A stretch of DNA of 64,000 nucleotides from Eledone cirrhosa (Eukaryota), in NCBI GenBank assembly GCA_964016885.1, contig OZ024743.1, forward strand, positions 230,206,001 through 230,270,000. The letters are read 5' to 3'. Under the pieces are notes generated by a model. The model did not search any database. It saw nothing but the letters and a program-made list of their open reading frames with translations, and had not been told where the DNA came from. This document shows positions 1 to 13,559 of this stretch, one piece after another; the first letter of the stretch is position 1, and every line of letters begins with the position of its first letter. Both the position numbers and the translations under genes were made by a program.

Positions 1-184
1 TATATATATTCACAATGAGTTTTTACAGTGTCCGTCTAGGTAAGCTGATTCAGGGACATTCCTCAGCCTTGAGCCATAGAAGAAGACCTTTATCAAAATG
101 TTTCAGTTGGCGCTGAACCCGAATCGACATCGTTGCAAAGTGAACATTGTAACCACACAGCCATACACAGAAACACACACACAG

Positions 185-254
<70 letters not shown>

Positions 255-668
255 TATGTATATATTTAATTCACTCATTTTCTATTAATATTTCCTTCTT
301 TCTAGGTATTCTTTCAATATGCAACTTCTTATTTTAACATTTCAGGTCCTTTTACATTTTCTATCTCGCCTCCCTTCATTCCCTCTAACTCCCCCTATCT
401 CCCTCGCCCTCTCTCTGTCTCTATTCGTATACTTCTTTTTTTCGTCTTTCCATTTTTAATACCCTTTTCTTTCTTTTCACTCCTCACTTATATTTATCTA
501 CTTATCTACATCTTTTTTCTTTCTTCCTTTCTTCTTTCATAATTTCTAAATCTCATCCTTCTTATTTTTAATTATTTTTTATATTCTCCAATATATCTTT
601 TAATCTTTCTCTTTATCGTTTTACCATCAATTCTCTCATTTTTTTTCAATTCATTTTTAGTTATATAT

Positions 669-751
<83 letters not shown>

Positions 752-1399
752 TGTATATATATTCTTTCTAAATATTTGTCATCTCTTTTTCCATTCTTTC
801 CCAATATTTCTAGAGAATTATTACTTAAATTTACTTTCCACGATCTCCTCTGGATATCTTTGATTTTCTATCGCATCCTCCCCGTCCTTCTTCCTCGCTA
901 ACGTCATCATCATCATCATCATCATCATCAGCAGCAGAAGTAGCAGGAGGAGCAGTATAAACATCTGCCCCATTATCATCATACTCACCATTGCCAGCAC
1001 AATCACCAATAATATTGCTGTTGCTACCAGCAGCTGCAGCACCACCACCACCACTTACTATTAATTTTCCTTGTAATGTCCTTCATATCTCGTCCTTATA
1101 GAAATAATAGAATTCATTACCATCATCATCATCATCATTATCGTTAGCTATATTTTTTCTGAGCATATAACAGTGAACTTTTTTTTTTTTTTTTTCCCTT
1201 TATTAACACGCTGATCTCCTCGACAAGTTAATAGAATCTATCCATCTCCCACTGATAATATGTATATGTATGAGGCTCAGAATAGCCACCGACTTACTAT
1301 CTTAGGCAAAAAATTCTTGCCACATCTTCCACGGAATGTCAAACCAGCGGGCGCCGCCATTTCCTTTACATTTTCCTATTGTTATTATTGTTTCCATAG

Positions 1400-1528
1400 A
1401 TCTTCTTCTTCTTCTTCTTCTTCTTCTTCTTCTTCTTCTTCTTCTTCTTCTTCTTCTTCTTCTTCTTCTTCTTCTTCTTCTTCTTCTTCTTCTTCTTCTT
1501 CTTCTTCTTCTTCTTCTTCTTCTTCTTC
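1400..1528. repeat. (CTT)n microsatellite
   Basis: Pure trinucleotide run; explains the poly-S/L/R/K ORFs. Confidence 0.95.
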
Positions 1529-1752
1529 CATCCATCCCTGTTCCAGTACATGTATCTATTTCACACGTGATAAGATCTTCTCTTTAACTGTATATCATCT
1601 TAATATACTTATAAACTGTTGTCGGATTGTGTACGTCTGTATCATACTGCGTGTATGTGTGTGTGTTCAATAGGACAACGATTAAAAGACCAAAAATAAC
1701 ACCACTACCACCACAGAACTTCAAGAAAAACAACCACGACTACTACTACTAG

Positions 1753-1789
<37 letters not shown>

Positions 1790-2007
1790 GCCAGTGTGGT
1801 TCTTACCTATAATGGTATCGTTGTCATCATCGTGGTCGTTGTTTTTGTTGGTGATGATGATGATAATGGCATTCTTGTCATTAATTATTGATTCCAACAA
1901 ACACGCGGTACATGATGGGAGAGGAGAGGCAGTGACGTTCTGTGGTTTATAAACTATAAACATGCAAGCATATATACACATAAACACACACTGAAATATA
2001 CACATCC

Positions 2008-2064
<57 letters not shown>

Positions 2065-2108
2065 AACATACACTGAAACTAAACCTATACATCCAGGGGT
2101 ATATACAT

Positions 2109-2178
<70 letters not shown>

Positions 2179-2613
2179 GCGATATATGAAAGGCCAAGGG
2201 ACATAGTAATAACATTCTGCTTCGATGATCTCTGCGTCAAACACATAAACACTTTTTCTTCTGCTCTTTTTTCTTTCCTTAAAGCCTCTTGGAATATGCT
2301 TACCATCATTCCGTTGGTATACATCTATTATGCAATTTGCACTGAAGATGTCACAGGGTTCTTACGCAACGTGGCCTTTGAAATTTAAATAATGTTCTCA
2401 GGAGTAAATAATTAAGGAAATTCTGGTTCTGTCTTCGTGTTTTCACCTTCATCACTTCAAATGGCTGCCAAATGATGTGACTATGCTGAAACTTCGAAAC
2501 AGTTACACCACGTTTCTCATAAAACTAATTACACACTGCCCACACGTATTGGCTTCTCATTCACTTAAAGTTTGAATGTACTAAGTACTATGCCATTTTA
2601 AACATCCATACTA

Positions 2614-2699
<86 letters not shown>

Positions 2700-3614
2700 T
2701 ATGTGAGTTCGATTATGTTTGTGAGTGGATGAATCTTCATCTCTGTTGTATGTGTGCATGTGTGACTTTGTAAAGATAAATATAATAGGTAAAGTAATAT
2801 GAAGTGAGGGCTTATGGCGATTTGGATTTGGTTTTAACTAATTTATACAAAAGATCTCCGGTTTTTAGTATCAGATCTTGCCCGTGCATTTTACCGAAAC
2901 ATTGTTTCAACGATTTCGAAAGAATGAAAAACAAAGGATTGAATTTAGAAAATAATGGACTGTAACTAAATGCCGCAAATAATAAGCTGATTACTAATCA
3001 TATTTTGATGTGTTTACGAATATTGTGGCATATATATTACCAGGCACCTTTCCTGATTCAATCATTAAACGTTTGAACATTTCAAAACGTGAAACTCAGA
3101 GACTTTAGCCTCTAAAGAAATAAAGAAACTAGCTTGGCCGTTAAACAAATACATCATCATTCATACAAATACACACATACACACTCACGCATACGCAACG
3201 CACTTTGTTAAAATACGAAAGGAATGCACCAATTTTTTAAACTCATATATATATATGTGTGTGTGTGTGTTAGTGTGTGTTAAGAGAAATCATCTGATTT
3301 CGTTTATATGCGTTTTGCAGACGATTGAGTGAGGGTCATACATAGAAGTTATGGAACTGGGTCCATTACCGACCTCTTATCAGAGTGGCTATTCAACAAA
3401 AAGTACTTTTTCTTTTCGTTGAACTTGTTGAAGAGCAGATCGATAATGGTGCAGGGTCCATAATTCTATGGGTAATCCGGAATCGATCCTGTGCACCGAG
3501 TTCTAATTTTGGTAACACCACCAGTATTTCACAAGAGATATCAACATGAATGGACAGACATTTTTTTCAATTCCAACTCGCTCGTCCCCTCCATCTATCC
3601 TATTTCTCATTATT

Positions 3615-3651
3615 CCTTCTGATGAAGAACTAGCGTCCGAAACGGTAAGAC
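3615..3651 (+). ncRNA. Degenerate minimal hammerhead-like motif in a dispersed repeat
   Basis: CTGATGA (3619)-short stem II-GAAAC (3639). A homologous copy lies on the minus strand at 12951-12986 (tctt CTGGTGA a gga ctagca tcc GAAAC..aaga). Stems I and III are weak. Confidence 0.45.
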
Positions 3652-3839
3652 CCTTTTCGTGTTATTTCAAGCGTTAACCTAATATATCCCTTCCATATAC
3701 TGTACCGATTGTGTTGTTATTTCTGTTTACCTTTTACATACATATATGTCGGACAGCTTTACACAACTATCTGAGTATGTATGTATGTATGTATGTATGT
3801 ATGTATGTATGTATGTATGTATGTATGTATGTATGTATG

Positions 3840-4248
3840 GGAGAGATGACCCCTTAGCCTTTGTCAAGGCAGAATTCTAGGAGAAGGAAAACTCTGATAT
3901 AACACCTGCAACCCTGATGGTATCCAATGATGTTGACTTGTTCTTCTTTTTGGTAAATATCATCTTGATTAAGAGAGTGGGACTGGCTTTGCGCAGTGCC
4001 TTTGCTCACTATAAAAGCTTCACGGCACAGGCATTGCTTTATATCTGGAGATCTCTCTGCACTTGTCGTCACATGGTACCATGGGCCCAGCACTATGTGT
4101 CAATAATTGTCACAAGTGTAGTGCTTGTGCCAGAGTTTTCAAGTCGCTGGGTGGATTAAAAAGATACACTCGTTTATCGCATCGGTAGGGGTTCTCCTAC
4201 ATGGATATAAAGTAGTGGCCGTATTCGAAAACGAGTTGGCAGCCACCA
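3840..4248. repeat. ~400-bp dispersed repeat, second copy at ~21285-21680
   Basis: Near-identical sequence and ORF translations (MVSNDVDL...) at both loci; a decayed relative lies near 34320-34720. Confidence 0.8.
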
Positions 4249-4337
4249 TGTATGTATGTATGTATATATATATATATATATATATAAACATACACACACA
4301 TATCTCTATTTCACTCGCTCTCTCTCCCTCTTTCTAC

Positions 4338-5179
<842 letters not shown>

Positions 5180-5189
5180 TATATACATG

Positions 5190-5365
5190 TATATACATAT
5201 ATATGTGTAGGTATGAATATTCCCTCTGATAGTTTGTAAAACTTTTACATAGAACTATATGATATACATACCAAAACACATATATATATCCTAGAAACGA
5301 TCGTAAAATTATGTATTTTTTAATATAAGGAACTGTTTCTTTGTTTTTATTCATTGTTTTTATTA

Positions 5366-5438
<73 letters not shown>

Positions 5439-5610
5439 CATATATATGTGTAGGTATGTATATTCCCTCAGATAGTTTGTTAAACTTTTACATAGATCTA
5501 TATGACATACATACCAACACACACATATATATCCTAGAAACGATCGTAAAATGATGAATTTTTTAATATAAGGAACTGTTTCTTTGTTTTTATTTATTGT
5601 TTTTATTAAT
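5190..5610. repeat. Direct tandem duplication (~240-bp period) separated by (TA)n
   Basis: atgtgtaggtatg...ttttattaattta occurs twice. Confidence 0.8.
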
Positions 5611-6136
5611 TTATCTTGACTCTGTTTTCCTGTGTTTTTCATCGAAAAAAATTTGAATACATCTTCTCTTTTCATGATATTTGGATTACATTGAGTTCCT
5701 CATACGGATTGGACACTACCGTATATTTTGGTAGATTTATCTACATATATATATATACATACATGCATACATGCATACACACATATATACACACTCAGAT
5801 AGGATGTGTAAAGTTGTCCGACATGGGCAGACACAGTGACTCCCACATTTAGACAGCTGTTGCCCCAGGTTGATCCTTAAAATAGTCCTTGATACTTTCT
5901 AAACGTCTGAATGTAGGAGCGAGGCTTTGGCAACATCTGGCAACACGAAGCAGTGAACCGTATGAAATATTAGCTCAATGTTTCGGTCCTCTCTTTCCTA
6001 CACATATTTCAATAGCATCAACTGATTGTTTTGTGTTCTTATACCTTTTTATTATTACATATCTTTCACAACAGTATTAACGAAGATGTGCACATACTTA
6101 TAGGCACTCACAAACCCACACACACACACACACACA

Positions 6137-6229
<93 letters not shown>

Positions 6230-6409
6230 CTCTCCTCTCTTTTTCGGACACAGGTTATGCTACAATATTAACAAACATTTATAGATTATAGACACATACT
6301 CATATATACACATTCTCTCTCACTCCCCTCCTCTCTCTTCCTCCGATACACTTATATGCTACAATATTAACAAAGATTTGCACACACTTACAGGCACACA
6401 CGCATGCAT

Positions 6410-6469
<60 letters not shown>

Positions 6470-6575
6470 AATTTCGGTCTTTCTTGGATCACGTATATGG
6501 TACACTACATCATTTACACAATCACTCAGGCACACATGCATACACATAGCAACCCACATTCTCACTTTTTCTTTG

Positions 6576-6646
<71 letters not shown>

Positions 6647-6647
6647 T

Positions 6648-6731
<84 letters not shown>

Positions 6732-6904
6732 ATATATATATATATATATTGTTACACTTTGGGAGGGTCATGCTGCCAATAAGAAACACACGCACCAGTT
6801 GCTTTCACTTCAATTTAATTTATTAAATATTTATAAATTTACAAATTTATAAATTTCTGGTTGGTTGGTTGGTTCCACAACCAGATAGTTGTTTATATAT
6901 ATAT

Positions 6905-6949
6905 AGTCATAGTTCTTTCGTCACACACTCTGTGACCTCTTCAGTGACT
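6905..6949 (-). ncRNA. Minimal type I hammerhead ribozyme in PLE1 3' UTR
   Basis: Reverse complement of the 11438-11482 motif. Confidence 0.8.
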
Positions 6950-7237
6950 GGGGATTTCTTTCTTCGTTTCTGTGCCTTTCCTTTCTTCTATCCTACGCCA
7001 TTTTGTTTGTGTGTGGGTTGCGTGCTCAGTTTGCGCATGCGCCACATCCGGGTGTCTGTGTGTGTTTGTGTTCATTTTTCTATTTTTCTATTTATATTTT
7101 TCTATTTGTTTGTTTATTTATTTATTTATTGTTGGTTGGTTGTTTGTTCTGTGTGTGTGTGTGTTTTCATTTTGTCTTGTGTGTGTTTTCAATTGTAAGT
7201 TGTTTGTTCTATGTGTGTGTGTGTTTTCATTTTGTCC

Positions 7238-10200
7238 TTAATTGTAAGTTGTGATGTTGCTGTTCCACTCATATTTTCTATTTAATTTTGGTTTTAATTC
7301 TTTTATGCTTACTGCCTCTGTAATTTGCCTAAACATTGCGTCTTTCTTGTGTGTGGATTCTATTTTTATTTCTATGCTCTCTAATTTACCCCTGTGTTCT
7401 ATCTTAGCATGTTGGTAGAGCACAGATGATTCTTTACTATCTTGGAGGTCTCGCCAGTGTTCATTTATTCGTTCCCCTATACTACGAGCTGTCTCACCTA
7501 TGTACACTACATTTTTGTTTCTACATTGTCCTTCAGTACATCTTATGCTATATACTACATTTCTAATTTTACAGTTAATATGGGGGCTTATTTTACAGGT
7601 TATACATTTCTTATCTATACATGAGGGTCTTTGGAACGGGTATGTCTTGCTAATAAGTGTTTTTACGGAGGTACCAGGTCTTTCTACTATCTTAATATTG
7701 AGATTATGTTTCTTTAGGGCCCTTCTAAATTTGTAGGCTAGTTCGCCTCTAGGGGTTGTATTGATGAACATTACACTCTGGTATTTATTGCTATCATACC
7801 ATGAGTTTATTCTATTGGCCTTGTTCTTAGTTCTTTCTATTCTATTCCAAAATTTGCTCCTATACAAGGGGCAGGTCCCATTTATGTCATTATTTACCAT
7901 TTTTTCCCATTTGGTTCTGGCTCCTTTATACACTCTGATTCTATCTCTCTGATTGTAGCCAGAGAACTGCATACGGTGGATGAAGTGTTGTATGTGTCTC
8001 TCTAGTTCTTCGGGGTTGCACATGCGGGACACATTTCTCATCACCCGTACCAAATCCGCAATCAGTATGTTGATTTTGGTATGGTCCGAAATGGCCGAGT
8101 TTCGGTGGATCAGATGTTTGGAAGTCATGGGTTTGGCATAATGGGAATGGAGGATTTGTTTTTGGTTGTTAATAGTATCTAACCAGAGCTCTGTGTCTAG
8201 TACAGGTAATCGATGGTTGGGGTGTCTACTTGGGTAGTCTATAGTAACTCTAATGCTCTGGTGGATGGAGTTTGCTATTTGCTGGATGCTTTCCATTGTG
8301 TTTTTCTCTAGTTCCTGACTGTTCTTTAGTGGGGGTGTCTTAACTACGATGTTTATATCATCTACGTAGCGGGAGTACATTATCAGGGTTAAGCTGTCAT
8401 CTAATTGTTCATTAAGTTTTTGTTTAAGTCTACTGTCCCACCATACCATGAATAAGTTAGCTATGTCGCCTGCAATGCTAACACCAATGGCTGCTCCTTC
8501 CTCTTGGGCATATGTTTTACCATTAAATTTGAACATATGTTCCTTAAGGGTTAGTTTTATGCTGGCCCCTACCGCATGTGCAATCATTTTCTTCAGTTCA
8601 TCGTGGTTTTCGGGTGTCCGTATGGCTCTGGTCCACCCGTTCCATCTATCTGTGTGGGTTTTCTTGGCCATAGAGGTAATGGTAGGTGGTCTGCCTCTTG
8701 CTGGTCTTGTAGGGCACAGGTTGCTAAGGTCATAAGTGTCTAGGTAACTATTACTATGGGTAAGCTTAAGTAGAAGTCCCAGCTCACTGGTATCAATCCC
8801 ACGGAACTCAACCTTGCTCTCGCTGATCATTTCGACGCATTTCTCCACAGCAAAATCCACGTCAATAGATGGATACAGGGACACAACATCCATACTGCCT
8901 ATTATGCAGTTTGCTAGGTCCCCAGATCGGTTACCCGCGCCGATTCTGCTGAGGAGGTCCTCCGTGCTGTCACACACATCTGGGGACATCTCAATGATGG
9001 GGCGTATGATCAGGGAGAGGAAGTAGGACAGTCTGTAGTTACTAGCAATGTTAGCCCCACAGACTGGCCGTGTTGGTGGTCCCGCGACAGGGTCCCAGCC
9101 CGTTTTATGGTCTTTACGAAGCCCATACAACGCCGGCACGTCATTGTTCCAGGCCTGGAAGTTGTTGGCAGTCCTTTTGTTGGGCTGCATTATATTTGTC
9201 CACATCACCATATGGGCATTGAGGGTTTTTTCTCTATCCTCATGCTCCTGTGGTGTTACCTCTCTTGTGTTAGTGATGTGGGGTTGCATTGCCTGGATGT
9301 AGTTTGGCAGGCTGTCAACCGACATTCTGCCAGACTTGTCTGTTGGAAAGCATGCTATCTCTCCATTACGCGAGCGCTGCATGAGCTTACGCAAGCCATT
9401 TGCAGATTCTTCTCCCAGTTGCTGGGCCTCTATTCTATTATACTTCTTGCTATACTGTTCTATAATATTTCTAAGTTCGGATTTAGCTATACTAAATTGT
9501 GCCTCTGTTTGTTCATCGACCTGCGACGGCAACTGCGTGCGTTTGTTAAATGGCAAAGTCGTGGCGTGGACTCGTCGTAGGTCGAATGATTTATCGGAGG
9601 GGTTATAAAACGGAGAGTTCCAGGCTGCTGCTTTATGTGTACTAGTGCTATTGTTATGGTTAGTTGTGTTGTTTCTATTTCCACCAACAGCAGCAGCCTC
9701 AGCTTCATGGTTGTTTCTATGTCTCTCATAATTACTCCTGTCTCTTTCCACTGGCTCAATGTTGTTATCTACCCTATTTTGTGTGTCTGTGTGTTCGTCT
9801 TGGTTATTCTCTTTGTCCTTAGTCTCCCATCTCCTTTTCCTTTTCCTTTTAATCCTATTACTTTCTCTTATTTCTCTGATTTCTGTGCTACTGTCATTAC
9901 TTGTTTTCTGTGTCTGTGTGTTTGTTAAGATTGTGGTGAGAGGCATTGAATGCGTGTGTGTTGTTGTTGTTGATGTGTGTTGTTGTTGATGTGTGTTGTT
10001 GTTGTCTCCGTGTGTGTGTGTGTTATCGTTGTTGTGTGTGTTGTTATTGTTGTTTGTGTTTGCGTGTCTGTTGTTGTTGTATCTGGGTATGTTGCTATTG
10101 TTGTTGTTGTTGATGTGTGTGTTGTTGTTATTCTTGTCTCCGTGTGTGTTGTTATTGTTGTTTGTGTCTGCGTGTCTGTTGTATCTGGGTATGTTGCTAT

Positions 10201-10384
10201 TGTTGTTGTTGTATCTGGGTATGTTGCTATTGTTGTTGTTATTGTTGTTTGTGTCTGTGTGTCTGTTGTTGTTGGGATGTGTGTTGTATATGTGTGTGCG
10301 TATATTGTTGCTTTTGTTTTTGTTTTTGATGCTCCAGCGTAGTTTCGTAAATGATTTTTCTATTTCTGACAGACAACTAATCAT
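7238..10384 (-). CDS. PLE reverse transcriptase + GIY-YIG endonuclease (1048 aa, probably 5'-truncated)
   Basis: Motifs LYGLRKDHK, RPV, SMDVVSLYPSI, QEEGAAIG, RYVDD, PVLD; Cys-rich linker CxxxxCxxC..C; VVYSIRC..YIGETARSIGERINEH. No internal stops; the ORF starts at the inversion junction. Confidence 0.93.
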   Translation of the reverse strand: MISCLSEIEKSFTKLRWSIKNKNKSNNIRTHIYNTHPNNNRHTDTNNNNNNNSNIPRYNNNNSNIPRYNRHADTNNNNNTHGDKNNNNTHINNNNNSNIPRYNNNRHANTNNNNNTHNNDNTHTHGDNNNTHQQQHTSTTTTHTHSMPLTTILTNTQTQKTSNDSSTEIREIRESNRIKRKRKRRWETKDKENNQDEHTDTQNRVDNNIEPVERDRSNYERHRNNHEAEAAAVGGNRNNTTNHNNSTSTHKAAAWNSPFYNPSDKSFDLRRVHATTLPFNKRTQLPSQVDEQTEAQFSIAKSELRNIIEQYSKKYNRIEAQQLGEESANGLRKLMQRSRNGEIACFPTDKSGRMSVDSLPNYIQAMQPHITNTREVTPQEHEDREKTLNAHMVMWTNIMQPNKRTANNFQAWNNDVPALYGLRKDHKTGWDPVAGPPTRPVCGANIASNYRLSYFLSLIIRPIIEMSPDVCDSTEDLLSRIGAGNRSGDLANCIIGSMDVVSLYPSIDVDFAVEKCVEMISESKVEFRGIDTSELGLLLKLTHSNSYLDTYDLSNLCPTRPARGRPPTITSMAKKTHTDRWNGWTRAIRTPENHDELKKMIAHAVGASIKLTLKEHMFKFNGKTYAQEEGAAIGVSIAGDIANLFMVWWDSRLKQKLNEQLDDSLTLIMYSRYVDDINIVVKTPPLKNSQELEKNTMESIQQIANSIHQSIRVTIDYPSRHPNHRLPVLDTELWLDTINNQKQILHSHYAKPMTSKHLIHRNSAISDHTKINILIADLVRVMRNVSRMCNPEELERHIQHFIHRMQFSGYNQRDRIRVYKGARTKWEKMVNNDINGTCPLYRSKFWNRIERTKNKANRINSWYDSNKYQSVMFINTTPRGELAYKFRRALKKHNLNIKIVERPGTSVKTLISKTYPFQRPSCIDKKCITCKISPHINCKIRNVVYSIRCTEGQCRNKNVVYIGETARSIGERINEHWRDLQDSKESSVLYQHAKIEHRGKLESIEIKIESTHKKDAMFRQITEAVSIKELKPKLNRKYEWNSNITTYN

Positions 10385-10394
10385 TTTTACATAT

Positions 10395-11132
10395 CGTATG
10401 CAGTTCTCTGGCTACAATCAGAGAGATAGAATCAGAGTGTATAAAGGAGCCAGAACCAAATGGGAAAAAATGGTAAATAATGACATAAATGGGATCTGCC
10501 CCTTGTATAGGAGCAAATTTTGGAATAGAATAGAAAGAACTAAGAACAAGGCCAATAGAATAAACTCATGGTATGATAGCAATAAATACCAGAGTGTAAT
10601 GTTCATCAATACAACCCCTAGAGGCGAACTAGCCTACAAATTTAGAAGGGCCCTAAAGAAACATAATCTCAATATTAAGATAGTAGAAAGACCTGGTACC
10701 TCCGTAAAAACACTTATTAGCAAGACATACCCGTTCCAAAGACCCTCATGTATAGATAAGAAATGTATAACCTGTAAAATAAGCCCCCATATTAACTGTA
10801 AAACTAGAAATGTAGTATATAGCATAAGATGTACTGAAGGACAATGTAGAAACAAAAATGTAGTGTACATAGGTGAGACAGCTCGTAGTATAGGTGAACG
10901 AATAAATGAACACTGGCGAGACCTCCAAGATAGTAAAGAATCATCTGTGCTCTACCAACATGCTAAGATAGAACACAGGGGTAAATTAGAGAGCATAGAA
11001 ATAAAAATAGAATCCACACACAAGAAAGACGCAATGTTTAGGCAAATTACAGAGGCAGTAAGCATAAAAGAATTAAAACCAAAATTAAATAGAAAATATG
11101 AGTGGAACAGCAACATCACAACTTACAATTAA
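10395..11132 (+). pseudogene. Inverted duplicate of PLE1 C-terminus (thumb/linker/GIY-YIG)
   Basis: Translation matches the PLE1 C-terminus except for two residues; the upstream part of ORF 9993-11132 is antisense low-complexity sequence. Confidence 0.9.
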
Positions 11133-11437
11133 GGACAAAATGAAAACACACACACACATAGAACAAACAACTTACAATTGAAAACACACACAAAATGAAA
11201 ACACACACAAGACAAAATGAAAACACACACACACATAGAACAAACAACCAACCAACAATAAATAAATAAATAAACAAACAAATAGAAAAATATAAATAGA
11301 AAAATAGAAAAATGAACACAAACACACACAGACACCCGGATGTGGCGCATGCGCAAACTGAGCACGCAACCCACACACAAACAAAATGGCGTAGGATAGA
11401 AGAAAGGAAAGGCACAGAAACGAAGAAAGAAATCCCC

Positions 11438-11482
11438 AGTCACTGAAGAGGTCACAGAGTGTGTGACGAAAGAACTATGACT
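11438..11482 (+). ncRNA. Minimal type I hammerhead ribozyme in PLE1 inverted arm
   Basis: agtca CTGAAGA g gtcaca gagtg tgtgac GAAA gaac TA tgact. Confidence 0.8.
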
Positions 11483-12027
11483 ATATATATATAAACAACT
11501 ATCTGGTTGTGGAACCAACCAACCAACCAGAAATTTATAAATTTGTAAATTTATAAATATTTAATAAATTAAATTGAAGTGAAAGCAACTGGTGCGTGTG
11601 TTTCTTATTGGCAGCATGACCCTCCCAAAGTGTAACAATATCGGTTTCAACACACGATTTCAGATAAAGAATCTTGCTAAACAAATTCAGAAACGAAATA
11701 TATATATATATATATATATATAAGCAAAGAGATATTTAATCGGCTGGTAATTCAACAAATTTATTTAAATTCATTAATATCATTGATATATATATATTCG
11801 TTACGTTTTGCTTTATCTACCCGCCGAAATGCAATTCTCTCTGAATTTATATTTGTATATATATATATATATGTTATATTACATCACATTATTCTCTCAC
11901 AAGCACATTTGCTTGTTCGCACACAACATTACGTATTTCGTCATGTACACAAAGACTCTAACACATGGACGGAAACTCATAAACACACACATACCCATAA
12001 TTTATCAGAGACTCATATATTCTGCAT

Positions 12028-12131
<104 letters not shown>

Positions 12132-12632
12132 GTATATATATATATATATGCACACAAACATGTACAAATACAAGCATATATACAATAGCACACAATTACA
12201 CATCACTCAATCTTTTCCACCTCTTCGATTGGTGGTCTGCGGATCGGAGTGGTTATATTTTCATTGTCTATATATCAACCGTATCAGGATTACTGAAACA
12301 GAGCAATTTTGTTTCTGCAGTACTCAGTCAGGGATTTAGTATCATCATAGAGGGTGTTGTTGTCATCAACTGTGGGCCATCAGTGAAGTCAGCGGCCTTG
12401 TGTTTAAGTTTTTGGCAAATGAAAAGAAAACGTTGGGTTTGAGTTTCATTTTCATAATGGTCTAGTCCTCCTCAGTTGTTTATGGATGATGGGTTTCATG
12501 CTGCTTTGGAAAATAAGTTTTTTGGATTAAAGCAAAAGTAGTCAAATCTGTGTTTACTTTTTACACTCAAACACACACACACATGTGTTGCATACTATAT
12601 GTGTGTGTAATATAAACACACATATATATATA

Positions 12633-12752
12633 TAGGAGAGGAGTCAGGACCCCAATGGCTGAGCTCCGCCCGTTTCGACAGCTAAATCCGAGTTCGGATC
12701 TAGCAGTCGAAACAGCCGTAGCTCAGCCGGCTGAGTCCTGACTCTTCTACTA
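12633..12752. repeat. Long palindromic hairpin element (family member at 41925-42054)
   Basis: Nested pairs gaggagtcaggac/gtcctgactcttc, ggctgagct/agctcagcc and gtttcgac/gtcgaaac. Confidence 0.75.
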
Positions 12753-12829
12753 TTACCCACTCTGCTACCCTAAGTATTGAGGACTCTGTTCCGTTATGGT
12801 CTACTTGGTATCTTACGACAACCTCTTGG

Positions 12830-12866
<37 letters not shown>

Positions 12867-13269
12867 AAAGAAAAACAGAAATAACAACACAATGGGTACA
12901 GTATATAGAAGGAATATAGGATGTTAACTCTTGAAATGGCAGGAAGAGGGTCTTAAAGTTTCGGATGCTAGTCCTTCACCAGAAGAAAGAATGAGAAATA
13001 AGATAGATTGAAGGGACAGGTGGGTTGGAGTTGGAAAAAAATGTCTTTAGCTAAAAATACCAGATCCATTCATGTTGACATCTCTTCGAAAAACTGTTGA
13101 TGCTGGCGTTTTGTGTATGATTTATTTTTTAAGAATAGTTGATGATGGAGCTCGTCTACCTGAAATGGAGAAAAAAAAAACGTTTTGTATAAAGAGCTAT
13201 ACTGCTGCGGGCATATATATATATAAAAAATAAATCAAAGAACGCCTACATACTCATACCATTTTTATT

Positions 13270-13316
13270 CGCTAACAATGTTTCATTCATACCGTGCGGC
13301 AGAAATCATCAGAGCG
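13270..13316 (-). ncRNA. Minimal type I hammerhead-like motif
   Basis: Minus strand: cgct CTGATGA tttc tgccgcacggta tgaat GAAA cattg TT agcg. Confidence 0.6.
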
Positions 13317-13559
13317 TTATAAACAAAAGTATAGTGCTGAATATAACCTCTACCAAGCTTAGTCACCAGAACAGTAGAGATACAGTACAGGATTGTAAGA
13401 GGGAGATTGGATATGAGAAGGATGGAGAGAATGCGTAATGGGTTTGCTAGTCTACATTATAGCAAAACATGATAATACAAGAATACAGGCAGATTGTTTT
13501 CACAAGAGACTGAGACATGTGAAGGCACACAAAAGCAATCAAAAGCACTATGAGCAGCA

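Larger units (their letters stand above)
6747..11698 (-). mobile_element. Penelope-like element (PLE1) with inverted 3' pseudo-LTR
   Basis: 10395-11641 is a near-exact reverse complement of 6747-7975. RT/GIY-YIG ORF present, a hammerhead in each arm, and (TA)n on both flanks. Confidence 0.93.

Noticed and set aside
9993-11132. Membrane-anchored GIY-YIG fusion protein
   Set aside because: The Leu-rich half is the antisense of PLE1's Asn-rich tract, joined by chance at the inversion junction.
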